A DNA stretch of 64,000 bases from an uncultured Gammaproteobacteria bacterium (GTDB taxonomy: Bacteria > Pseudomonadota > Gammaproteobacteria > Eutrophobiales > Eutrophobiaceae). Positions within the stretch are counted from its first letter, which is position 1. Each line of letters begins with the position of its first letter. The stretch spans positions 2,166,068 through 2,230,067 of the forward strand of contig OY282354.1 of assembly GCA_958295485.1 (NCBI GenBank), given 5' to 3'. This document shows positions 53,533-61,905 of this stretch, in pieces. The translations under genes were made by a program, and so were the position numbers. The notes under the pieces are model-generated. The model was not told the DNA's origin. It did not search any database and was given only the letters and a program-made list of their open reading frames with translations.

Positions 53533-55923
53533 TCATACGGTTGTAATACTTTGAATTTCTCGGCATGGCATATTGCTATCAGATATAATTTCCACTGTTT
53601 CATCATCAAACTTTTCCAGGATCGGGCCTTTTACTTCGTTTAGCACATAGTCGGTAATTTCATCGCTCAGGTCTCTTCCCAGCGCAACCATAATACTGTT
53701 GTAGTTTCTTTTACTCTTAATCACTTGATTGCATTGATCAGGATCATCCTTGAAAAGAAATCTGAACACCTCGTCATTCCTTGGGAATTTTGTAGAATCT
53801 GTTTCTTCCCATTTCAATACGGTACTGTTCCTTACCCCGAAATGCTCATGCTGTTCATCAATCTTTCTCTGAAGTAACTCTCTACGTGCTATCACAGGAT
53901 GATCATAGAGGAGTGATAGCAGGGGGTCGTCATCAGAAACTTCAGTATTCAAATATATGGTTAGGGCTTCCTTCCATTGTCTTGAACATGTTTGAATCTG
54001 ATTAAACGCACCACTATCATTCGCTTCACTCGCAACCTGAAACAACAGGCCTTCATGTTGGTTCTCATAAATTCTTATTCGGTCACCTGTTGTTAAATCC
54101 CCCACTTTGTACTTTTTTAAACCTTCTCCATCTGATACCAAAAGTACTGATTTACTCGAGGGTAAAACATTCTCACTTGCATCTGTAAAGACAATCTTTT
54201 TTTCGATACTATCTTGCCATTCAGGAGCATATCCACCAGGAGTTTCACTCTCCCCTGTTTCTCCAAAGATACGTATAATTACCTCACCAGGCGTTTCCGC
54301 AGGCTCTCCGTCGATTGGAAAATCTACACTTGTCAGACTTTTTCTGTCAGAAGACCCAAGCTCTTTTATCAGGTCATTCTCAAACTTTGCTTTATCATGG
54401 TCAAATTGCTTACATTCATCGGTATATAGCAACCATTTGAAAGGATGAGGCTGATGGCTAAATGCCTCGAATTGTTTGTCTCTTATCTCCATGACTGTTA
54501 TCTCTGACCCTTGCTTTAGCTCCTTTATACCAGCTTCCGTTATGGCCTGCACCCTATCCAGGTTCAGACCCCTTATATCCTCCTCCCAGATGTATTTGGT
54601 CTGGTGTTTCGGTATGAGCAAATAGGTATCTCTGAGTGTGCGAAGGGCATGGGATTTTTTATTATTCATATACCTTATTTGCCCAATCATCTCATTAAAT
54701 GCCTCAACTATTTGTTCATTCGCCGTTGTCGGGTCACCACCAAAATCTGAAAAGGCTTCTTCCAGGATAGTTTTTGCTGCTTTTCTAAACTTCTCCTGTA
54801 AATCATCAGCACTGTTCACTAATCGACTGTTTTCTGAAGGAGGAACAAGCGCATAGCAATATCTGATATAGGGTAGTAGTCTTCGCTGAATGCTTATTCC
54901 ATTTTGTTCTTCGACGGATTTTAATAAATCAATAAACTTGGTTTGAGCATCCTGCAAATCTTCATGTTCAATTTCTTGACATGTCTGCTCACTCGGTTTG
55001 TCATTCCTCAAGTGTTGTAGCTCAAGTGGCATCCATTGCCATCTCAACACCGAATCAACCTTTGGTTTTTCCCGTCCAACCGAGATTACACGCTTAACCT
55101 GACCCCTATTGATGTCATCCTGGATTTGTTCATCGACTGCTTTATTAAGAAACACCACGGTATCCAACTTGATACCTTCATCAAAGACATACTGTTTAAT
55201 ATCCTCATAAGAGGGCGCTAAATAAAACAAGTTGTCATCTGTCTCCAAATTTCGAGAAAAGTCACCGTTTCTGTCTATATAGATGTAGGGATAGGCCCTC
55301 CTATCGGTCTTGTTAAAACAGCCCTCGAAAGTATGCTTGGTAGCCACAATGGCATATTTACCTGGGAAAAAAGAAATATTTACCTTACGCCCAATTACTT
55401 CTTTCAAAAAGGCCAGCATATACTGAAATGTATTCCGGTTAGTTACATTGGCATCGGCATACAGCTGGGTATATTCTTTGTTTAAATCTTCGAGAACCAC
55501 GTAGCGTGATGAACCAGCATTTTTACGACTGAGACATTCAAGTTTTATAAATTCCCCGCCGTATTCAGGCATATCATGGTGGGGGTCAATGACCTTATAT
55601 GTTTCCCTGCCTTTTTTGTATTTATCCCCCTCTTGAGGATATTGCTCACTGCTCAGACGGTAATTAAACTCCAAAAAATGAATTGCCAGCGCAAAAACGA
55701 TAGGTTCATAGAGACATTCCACAATTGATTGATCAACACTAATCCAGAGATTCTTATCATCCTGATCGTCTCCCAGTACTTTCAAAACCAAAAAGCCATT
55801 CAATGCCTCAAATTTATCAAATCGTTTTTTTACTATAGGTTGATTCTGCTCTTCTTCCGTAAAAGCAAGAAAAAAACGTTTAAGATATTCGACTACTGGC
55901 TGTTTTATATCTTCGTTGGCCAT
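53533..55923 (-). CDS. Hypothetical 796-aa protein, first gene of the helicase/DUF1998 cluster
   Basis: Long uninterrupted ORF in AT-rich DNA, 59 nt upstream of the helicase gene on the same strand. No P-loop, nuclease or methyltransferase motif recognised. Its position and size resemble DrmE of class 2 DISARM (positional inference only). Confidence 0.8.
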   Translation of the reverse strand: MANEDIKQPVVEYLKRFFLAFTEEEQNQPIVKKRFDKFEALNGFLVLKVLGDDQDDKNLWISVDQSIVECLYEPIVFALAIHFLEFNYRLSSEQYPQEGDKYKKGRETYKVIDPHHDMPEYGGEFIKLECLSRKNAGSSRYVVLEDLNKEYTQLYADANVTNRNTFQYMLAFLKEVIGRKVNISFFPGKYAIVATKHTFEGCFNKTDRRAYPYIYIDRNGDFSRNLETDDNLFYLAPSYEDIKQYVFDEGIKLDTVVFLNKAVDEQIQDDINRGQVKRVISVGREKPKVDSVLRWQWMPLELQHLRNDKPSEQTCQEIEHEDLQDAQTKFIDLLKSVEEQNGISIQRRLLPYIRYCYALVPPSENSRLVNSADDLQEKFRKAAKTILEEAFSDFGGDPTTANEQIVEAFNEMIGQIRYMNNKKSHALRTLRDTYLLIPKHQTKYIWEEDIRGLNLDRVQAITEAGIKELKQGSEITVMEIRDKQFEAFSHQPHPFKWLLYTDECKQFDHDKAKFENDLIKELGSSDRKSLTSVDFPIDGEPAETPGEVIIRIFGETGESETPGGYAPEWQDSIEKKIVFTDASENVLPSSKSVLLVSDGEGLKKYKVGDLTTGDRIRIYENQHEGLLFQVASEANDSGAFNQIQTCSRQWKEALTIYLNTEVSDDDPLLSLLYDHPVIARRELLQRKIDEQHEHFGVRNSTVLKWEETDSTKFPRNDEVFRFLFKDDPDQCNQVIKSKRNYNSIMVALGRDLSDEITDYVLNEVKGPILEKFDDETVEIISDSNMPCREIQSITTV

Positions 55924-56333
55924 TGTCAGTTTGGTAAATAGTCAAAGTCGGAATAGGCGGCAGGGGTTATCGATGATCTGATCAGACCACTCCAGCCCGA
56001 TTAACGCCCGGGGATGAGAATATAATACCTTTAGAAAAGTTATCGCAGATTTCACGGTGTCTGATCTTGAGGTCAACAAAGATAATTGTTCTCATTATAT
56101 TCCAGACTGGGAACTAGTCAAAATGTTGTGAAAATTCAAATAGATGCAGATGAAGGATGTGTGGACATGCAAAGACTGTCTGAAAGCAATGCATGAAATG
56201 ATCCCTTAAGTATGTGTCAGCCACAAATAGCCTACAAGGTTTTGACCTTGGCATGATTATTGAGTAGAATTAATGTATCGAATGACAGGGGCCATCCCCC
56301 CCGTAAGCGGTTGAGAGACCTGGTTGAAAAATC

Positions 56334-57341
56334 ATGCAAGCAGCAGGGCAGAACAGCGCATTAGTCGATAATTTCGGACGGACGGTGAACTATGTTCGCA
56401 TCTCGGTGACAGACCGTTGTGATTTTCGTTGTGTGTATTGCATGGACGAGGAGATGCAATTCGTCCCCAGGGCCAAGTTGCTGTCCCTGGAAGAAATTTC
56501 GACCATTGTCCGGGCCTTTGCCGATTTGGGGGTCGTCAAGGTACGAATAACCGGCGGTGAGCCATTAATCAGGCGAAACATCATCAAGCTGTTCCGTGAC
56601 ATTGGCCGGTTGGAAGCGTTGAATGAACTTACCCTTACCACCAACGGTTCCCAGTTGCCGAAACTGGCCGGTGAGTTGAAGGACGCCGGCGTAAAACGCA
56701 TTAATATCAGCCTGGACTCCCTTGACCCGGTTAAATTCAAACGGCTGACCCGCGTCGGGGACTTGAGCAAGGTACTTGCCGGTATTGATGCAGCCCTGGC
56801 AACGGGGTTTGAAAAGATTAAAATCAACTCCGTCATCCTGAAAAATCGCAACGATGATGAAATCCTGGATTTAGTCAGGTTTGCCGGGGAGCGGGGAATG
56901 GATATCAGTTTCATTGAAGAAATGCCCCTTGGCGTTATCGGTGACCATGATCGCCTTGAGGCATATTATCCAAGTGACGCGATCAAATCCGACCTGGAAG
57001 AGCGATACACGCTGATACCAACAACTGAATCAACGGGCGGCCCCTCCCGGTATTTCAAAATCGTCGAGACGAATACCCGGGTGGGTTTCATCTCCCCGCA
57101 CAGTCATAATTTTTGTGACAACTGCAACCGGGTCAGGTTGACCTGCGAAGGCCGCTTGCTTCTTTGCCTCGGCCAGGAACACTCCGTGGATTTGCGTCGG
57201 GTCGTCAGGACTTATCCCGGCGACATGGATAAACTGAAACAGGCCATCCGCGCGTCCATGTCTATCAAGCCTAAAGGGCACGAATTCGATCTCTCAGCCA
57301 AGCCAGTCATTTTTCGTCATATGAATATGACCGGGGGGTAA
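56334..57341 (+). CDS. moaA: GTP 3',8-cyclase MoaA (radical SAM)
   Basis: 335 aa. Radical-SAM CDFRCVYC motif, C-terminal CDNCNRVRLTCEG cluster and GG tail. Confidence 0.95.
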   Translation: MQAAGQNSALVDNFGRTVNYVRISVTDRCDFRCVYCMDEEMQFVPRAKLLSLEEISTIVRAFADLGVVKVRITGGEPLIRRNIIKLFRDIGRLEALNELTLTTNGSQLPKLAGELKDAGVKRINISLDSLDPVKFKRLTRVGDLSKVLAGIDAALATGFEKIKINSVILKNRNDDEILDLVRFAGERGMDISFIEEMPLGVIGDHDRLEAYYPSDAIKSDLEERYTLIPTTESTGGPSRYFKIVETNTRVGFISPHSHNFCDNCNRVRLTCEGRLLLCLGQEHSVDLRRVVRTYPGDMDKLKQAIRASMSIKPKGHEFDLSAKPVIFRHMNMTGG

Positions 57342-57342
57342 C

Positions 57343-58221
57343 ATGCCCTCAACATCCTGCCGGCCGGTAATGACGGATGCCGGCATCAAACCCACTATCG
57401 CCGTGGAAGCTACTGATGAGTTTCAAAACGTCCGGGAAATGCATATCGCCGATGAACGGCCCTTGACTCTCTATGTTGACAGCTACGAAATCGTAACCTT
57501 GATGACCCTGGGTAAAACCCCCGAACTACTGGCGCTGGGTTATCTTAAAAATCAGGGCATCATCGAAGACATCAACGAAATCCAATCTGTCCAGGTTGAC
57601 TGGGACGTGAATGCCGCGGCGGTGACGACGTACTCGGAAAGAGATGATTGGAAAGAGCGGCTTGGCCCGAGGATTGTGACAACGGGATGCGGCCAGGGAA
57701 CGGTGTACGGCAATATAGTAGAGCAGCTCAGCCGGATAGAACTTCAGGCGTCCCGGCTCAAGCAGTCGGATATCTATTCTTTGTTGAAAAACCTGGGCAG
57801 ATACAATGACGTCTACAAAAGCGCCGGCGCCGTCCATGGTTGCGCCCTGTGCTCGGGAACTCAAGTGACCGCTTTTATAGAAGACGTGGGCAGGCACAAT
57901 GCCGTTGACGCCATTGCCGGGCAGATGTGGCTGGAAAACACTTCCGGCCATGACAAGCTGTTTTATACCACTGGCCGGCTTACCTCGGAAATGGTTATGA
58001 AGGTAGCGCAAATGGGTATTCCTGCCTTGTTATCCCGCTCAGGAATCACGCAAATGGGACTCAAGCTGGCAAAGGATTTCGGCGTCATCTTGTTTTCCAG
58101 GGCGGCCGGCAAGCATTTCCTCATCTATAACGGCGTCGAACACATTGAATTCGATGTTTCATTGCCCCCAAAGCATGATGTTGCAAACCTGAAAACGAGG
58201 CAGCAAAAATCAAAGATCTGA
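57343..58221 (+). CDS. fdhD: Formate dehydrogenase accessory sulfurtransferase FdhD
   Basis: 292 aa. Typical GCGQGT..., SAGAVHGCAL, EDVGRHNAVD motifs. Confidence 0.9.
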   Translation: MPSTSCRPVMTDAGIKPTIAVEATDEFQNVREMHIADERPLTLYVDSYEIVTLMTLGKTPELLALGYLKNQGIIEDINEIQSVQVDWDVNAAAVTTYSERDDWKERLGPRIVTTGCGQGTVYGNIVEQLSRIELQASRLKQSDIYSLLKNLGRYNDVYKSAGAVHGCALCSGTQVTAFIEDVGRHNAVDAIAGQMWLENTSGHDKLFYTTGRLTSEMVMKVAQMGIPALLSRSGITQMGLKLAKDFGVILFSRAAGKHFLIYNGVEHIEFDVSLPPKHDVANLKTRQQKSKI

Positions 58222-58274
58222 CCCCATGCGCTGGAGTAACCGGCGTTATTCTTGCCGGAGGCGAGGCAAGACGC

Positions 58275-58850
58275 ATGGGGGGCAGTGACAAGGGCCTGGT
58301 GACGCTGGCGGGCAAACCCCTGGTCGAGTACGTTGTGGAAGCCCTGTCGCCCCAGGTTGATTCCATTATCATCAATGCAAACCGGAACCAGGCCAGGTAT
58401 GCCTCCTACGGCTGCCCCGTTATAGCGGACAGCAGACAGGGATACCAGGGGCCTTTGGCGGGCATGATGGGCTGCATGGAGGAAATAGATACGGAGTTCA
58501 TGGTTTCCACGCCGTGCGACTCCCCCCTTATACCAGGTGACCTGGTGTCCAGGTTATTCAGGCAGCTGGTGGATGAGGATGCGGAAATAAGCGTTGCCCA
58601 TAATGGGGAGAGGATGCAACCGGTGTTTACACTCATGAAGGTATCCTTAACCGATTCAATACGCGCTTTTCTTGACGGCGGCGAGCGCAAGATAGACAAA
58701 TGGTTCAAACAGCATAAACTGGCAGTGACCGATTTTTCCGATAAGCCGATGTCCTTCAGCAACATAAATAATCCGGCTGAGTTGAAACAGATGGAAACGG
58801 AACTGAATATTTTACTGGATTCCCGCTTGCGCGGGAGTGGCGGAGGGTGA
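58275..58850 (+). CDS. mobA: Molybdenum cofactor guanylyltransferase MobA (start problematic)
   Basis: Coordinates are from the first in-frame ATG. The conserved N-terminal motif VTGVILAGGEARRMGGSDKGL begins in the same frame at 58236, upstream of that ATG, with no ATG, GTG or TTG between the stop at 58176 and 58275. Confidence 0.8.
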   Translation: MGGSDKGLVTLAGKPLVEYVVEALSPQVDSIIINANRNQARYASYGCPVIADSRQGYQGPLAGMMGCMEEIDTEFMVSTPCDSPLIPGDLVSRLFRQLVDEDAEISVAHNGERMQPVFTLMKVSLTDSIRAFLDGGERKIDKWFKQHKLAVTDFSDKPMSFSNINNPAELKQMETELNILLDSRLRGSGGG

Positions 58851-58990
58851 ACCGGGTGCGTGAAGCCGTGCAATCCGTTGGTGTGCCGTTGGGCGGCTTC
58901 GCTGCCTGTAGCGGGAGTGGTGGAGGGTAAACCGGGTGCGTGAAGCCGTGCAATCCGTTGGCGTGCCGTTGGTCGGCTTCGCCGCCTACA
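58831..58990 (+). repeat. Tandem direct duplication, 2 x 80 bp, spanning the mobA 3' end and mobB 5' end
   Basis: 58831..58910 versus 58911..58990 differ at about 7 positions by hand count. Copy 1 carries the mobA stop TGA (58848..58850); copy 2 has TAA at the equivalent site. Confidence 0.95.
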
Positions 58991-59487
58991 GCGGCACCGG
59001 CAAGACGACGTTGCTGGTGAACCTGCTGGGGATTTTTATTTCCAAGAACCTGCGCGTCGGCGTCGTAAAACACGCGCATCACAGTTTTGAAATTGATTAC
59101 CCGGGCAAGGACAGCTTTGAGCTCAGGAAGGCCGGCGCCAGCCAGGTATTAATCGGTTCAAAAAAGCGTTGGGCGCTGCTGGTCGAAAACAGGGATAGTC
59201 ACGACAAGCCCCTGGAATTTCATATCGGGAACCTTGACCTGGAAAACCTGGATCTCATATTGGTCGAGGGCTTCAAACCCGAGGCTATCCCGAAAATAGA
59301 GCTTCATCGCCCAAGTTTAGGCCATGATTTTTTGTGCCTGAATGATGATAGCATCATAGCTATCGCCACCGATGCCGAGTTATCAATCGAGACGGAATTA
59401 CCGGTCCTGGATTTGAATAATCCGGGGCAAATTGCACGATTTATTATTGACCGTTACTCCCTGAACAAGCAAACTGGACGGAATTGA
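58936..59487 (+). CDS. mobB: Molybdopterin-guanine dinucleotide biosynthesis adapter protein MobB
   Basis: 183 aa from the GTG at 58936 (alternative GTG at 58963). P-loop GFAAYSGTGKTTL, VVKHAHH motif. Confidence 0.88.
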   Translation: MREAVQSVGVPLVGFAAYSGTGKTTLLVNLLGIFISKNLRVGVVKHAHHSFEIDYPGKDSFELRKAGASQVLIGSKKRWALLVENRDSHDKPLEFHIGNLDLENLDLILVEGFKPEAIPKIELHRPSLGHDFLCLNDDSIIAIATDAELSIETELPVLDLNNPGQIARFIIDRYSLNKQTGRN

Positions 59488-59498
59488 CCCACAAAAGA

Positions 59499-60767
59499 AT
59501 GAACGCCCCGGTTATTCAAAAAGATATTAGTTGCATGGATGACTTTGATCCGAAGTCACTTTCGCCCGATATCGCCCTGAAAAAGATAAAATCTGAAATC
59601 ACCCCGGTCAAAGGCGTTGAAAAAATCGCTATTCGGTCTGCGCTCAACCGGGTCCTGGCCGAAGATATTTATTCCGGAATAAATGTGCCTTCCGGCACAA
59701 ATTCAGCCATGGACGGTTATGCAGTCAATAGCAAGGATATTCCGACTGGCGTTGTCGCCGGGTTGAGAGTCATGGGCACGTCGTGGGCGGGCAAACCCTT
59801 CAGGGGTGGTTTATCCACCGGCAGTTGCGTCAGGATCATGACCGGGGCGCTCATGCCGGAGGGTACCGATACCGTCATTATCCAGGAAGACGTTGAACGC
59901 GCCGGCGATAATATAAAAATTGATGGGAAAACCAAAAAGGGTGATAACGTTCGGCAGGCCGGCGAGGACATTGCTGTCGGTGACTTGATATTAAATCGAG
60001 GACGACGGTTGAATCCTGCGGATATCGGCCTGATTGCCTCCCTGGGCATTGCCGAGGTAAGCGTGACGCGCCGGGTTCGCGTTGCGTTTTTTTCAACAGG
60101 AGATGAATTACGCTCAATCGGGGAAGAATTAACCGATGGCGACATTTATGACAGCAACAGGTATACGTTGCATGGCATGTTGAGCAGGATGGGCGCCCAT
60201 ATTATTGATATGGGTGTAATAACAGATGACAAGGATACCCTGGAAGAAGCGTTTGCCATTGCCTCCAACAATGCTGATGTCTTGATCACATCAGGCGGCG
60301 TATCCGTCGGAGAAGCGGATTATGTCAAGGAAATCATGGCAAAGCTGGGGCGGGTGGAATTTTGGAAAGTCGCCATAAAACCAGGCCGCCCACTCGCATT
60401 TGGCCGCGTGGATAATGCGGTCTTTTTCGGACTGCCGGGCAATCCCGTTTCCGTCATGGTGACATTCTACGAATTTGTACAACCTGCATTAAGAAAAATG
60501 TCAGGTGAGAAGGATTCAGAGATTTTGACATTAAAAGCGCGCTGTGACTCAAAACTGAAGAAACGACCGGGAAGAGTCGAATACCAGAGAGGCATCTTGC
60601 AAAAAGATGAGAATGGCGAGCTGGCGGTGTTCAAGACCGGCGCCCAGGGTTCCGGTATTTTGAGTTCAATGTCCCAGGCGAATTGTTTTATCATCCTGCC
60701 CATGGAGTCGGGCGGGGTGGAGCCGGGAACCGTTGTTGATATACAGCCTTTCTCCAGCTTGATTTAA
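59499..60767 (+). CDS. moeA: Molybdopterin molybdotransferase MoeA
   Basis: 422 aa from the ATG at 59499 (the ORF opens at TTG 59484). NSAMDGYAV, TGALMPEGTDTVI, ITSGGVSVGEADY, PGNPVS motifs. Confidence 0.92.
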   Translation: MNAPVIQKDISCMDDFDPKSLSPDIALKKIKSEITPVKGVEKIAIRSALNRVLAEDIYSGINVPSGTNSAMDGYAVNSKDIPTGVVAGLRVMGTSWAGKPFRGGLSTGSCVRIMTGALMPEGTDTVIIQEDVERAGDNIKIDGKTKKGDNVRQAGEDIAVGDLILNRGRRLNPADIGLIASLGIAEVSVTRRVRVAFFSTGDELRSIGEELTDGDIYDSNRYTLHGMLSRMGAHIIDMGVITDDKDTLEEAFAIASNNADVLITSGGVSVGEADYVKEIMAKLGRVEFWKVAIKPGRPLAFGRVDNAVFFGLPGNPVSVMVTFYEFVQPALRKMSGEKDSEILTLKARCDSKLKKRPGRVEYQRGILQKDENGELAVFKTGAQGSGILSSMSQANCFIILPMESGGVEPGTVVDIQPFSSLI

Positions 60768-60791
60768 GCCGTTCCAACAAGGGGTCGCATC

Positions 60792-60878
60792 CCTGGGGGC
60801 AGCCCCGCGCCGGCCCAAATGAAACGTCGCAATCACCTGATGCAGGACAACCACAGGGAGTTGCCCCTGCGAAGCCAA
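60792..60878 (-). repeat. GC-rich dispersed repeat, probable copy 3 (inverted, more diverged)
   Basis: accacagggagttgcccctgcg and ccctgggggcagc match the reverse complement of copy 2 (accacagggattgcccttgtgg, ccctgggcagc). Intergenic between moeA and pqqB. Confidence 0.45.
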
Positions 60879-60957
60879 TGTCTCCAATCCAGGGCGCCCG
60901 GCAGCCGAATATCGGCAATCCCGGCTGGCGTGACGGCCGGCATGGTGATATTTTTCG

Positions 60958-61887
60958 CTATAACTCGATTTCCATGCCGTCATGGGATACTTCCCAGCCG
61001 GCATCTTCAATTAGCTTTCGTTCTTCGCTGTTTTGCAACAGTATCGGGTTGGTCGTATTGATGTGGATGAAGATTTTTCTTTTTATGCCCAGGTTTTTCA
61101 GCGCGGCCAGGGCGCCGTCTTCTCCCGAAACACTCAGGTGTCCCATGCGTCGACCTGTTTTTACCCCGACGCCGTCGCGGATCATTTCATCATCCACCCA
61201 CAAGGTGCCATCGAAGAAAATCAACTCGGCCCCCGCGATCCTTGCAGATAGTTCAGTCGTCATCTTCGCGCAAGCCGGCATATAATAAAAAGACTTCCCA
61301 TTGCTGGTGTCTTCAACGTGCAGGGCGATGGTGTCTTCATCCACTGAGCCGAAATTGTCCCCCTTGCTCTCATCTTCAAGCCACAAAGCCACCTTGCCCG
61401 GCACGGCAAAAGGGGTGATCCGTATGTTCATGGGGTCGCCGTCCGGTTTCAGCAACTCCAGGGGTTTATCCAGGTGCATGGGTTCCCTGCTGACAAAGGC
61501 CGGGTTGAGCACGTTGAAAATCGAATTGGCCGCCAGCACGTCCAACACCCTTTGGGTGGCATGAATGCGCAGGGGTTGTGATTCGCGTAAATTCAGCAGC
61601 CCCGCCACGTGGTCTACGTCGGCATTGGTTAATACCACCCCCATGATCGGGCTGTGCCGGAGGCCTTTTTCCGGATGCAGGATGTCGTTATCATTGATTT
61701 GCTGGCGTAAATCCGGGGAGGCGTTAAACAGGCACCAATCTTTTCCAGAGGCGCTGACGGCAATGGATGATTGCGTTCGCGGCGGGGCCGCGGGGTCGCT
61801 TTGCCTGGCCCGCCTGCTGTTGGGATGGTTACAATTCCACTGCGGATAGCCCCCGCCTGCCGCCGCGCCTAAAACCCTGATGCGCAT
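60958..61887 (-). CDS. pqqB: Pyrroloquinoline quinone biosynthesis protein PqqB (metallo-beta-lactamase fold)
   Basis: 309 aa. MRIRVLGAAAGGGYPQWNCN...PRTQSSIAVS...NASPD...FDGTLWVDDEM...HINTTNPIL is collinear with PqqB sequences as I recall them. Confidence 0.85.
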   Translation of the reverse strand: MRIRVLGAAAGGGYPQWNCNHPNSRRARQSDPAAPPRTQSSIAVSASGKDWCLFNASPDLRQQINDNDILHPEKGLRHSPIMGVVLTNADVDHVAGLLNLRESQPLRIHATQRVLDVLAANSIFNVLNPAFVSREPMHLDKPLELLKPDGDPMNIRITPFAVPGKVALWLEDESKGDNFGSVDEDTIALHVEDTSNGKSFYYMPACAKMTTELSARIAGAELIFFDGTLWVDDEMIRDGVGVKTGRRMGHLSVSGEDGALAALKNLGIKRKIFIHINTTNPILLQNSEERKLIEDAGWEVSHDGMEIEL

Positions 61888-61905
61888 TGTGTCAATTCTC
61901 CTGTA

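Noticed and set aside
55982-56095. 37-codon minus-strand ORF (MRTIIFVDLKIRHREICDNFSKGIIFSSPGVNRAGVV) upstream of the island's first gene.
   Set aside because: It is too short, has a weak ribosome-binding site and shows no recognisable motif. It could be a leader peptide or a gene remnant, but the sequence alone does not support calling it.
56200-56333. Looked for a Moco riboswitch in the moaA leader.
   Set aside because: I could not find the conserved elements I remember from the Moco RNA motif (such as the CCUCCGAG-type P1 strand), nor a convincing multi-stem fold. An Rfam scan would be needed to be sure.
47735-56333. Searched the island borders for an integrase, a tRNA target, or direct or inverted repeats marking an integration site.
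   Set aside because: None seen by eye. The borders are defined only by the composition shift and by the flanking core genes.
58831-58990. Considered whether the 80-bp duplication or the heptamer arrays could be a CRISPR array.
   Set aside because: There are no unique spacers between repeats, the units are directly tandem, and there are no cas genes in the window.
61888-61905. Looked for pqqA upstream of pqqB.
   Set aside because: The gap to moaE is 18 nt, which is too short for the ~23-codon pqqA. No EVTxYxxxF-type peptide ORF is present nearby.
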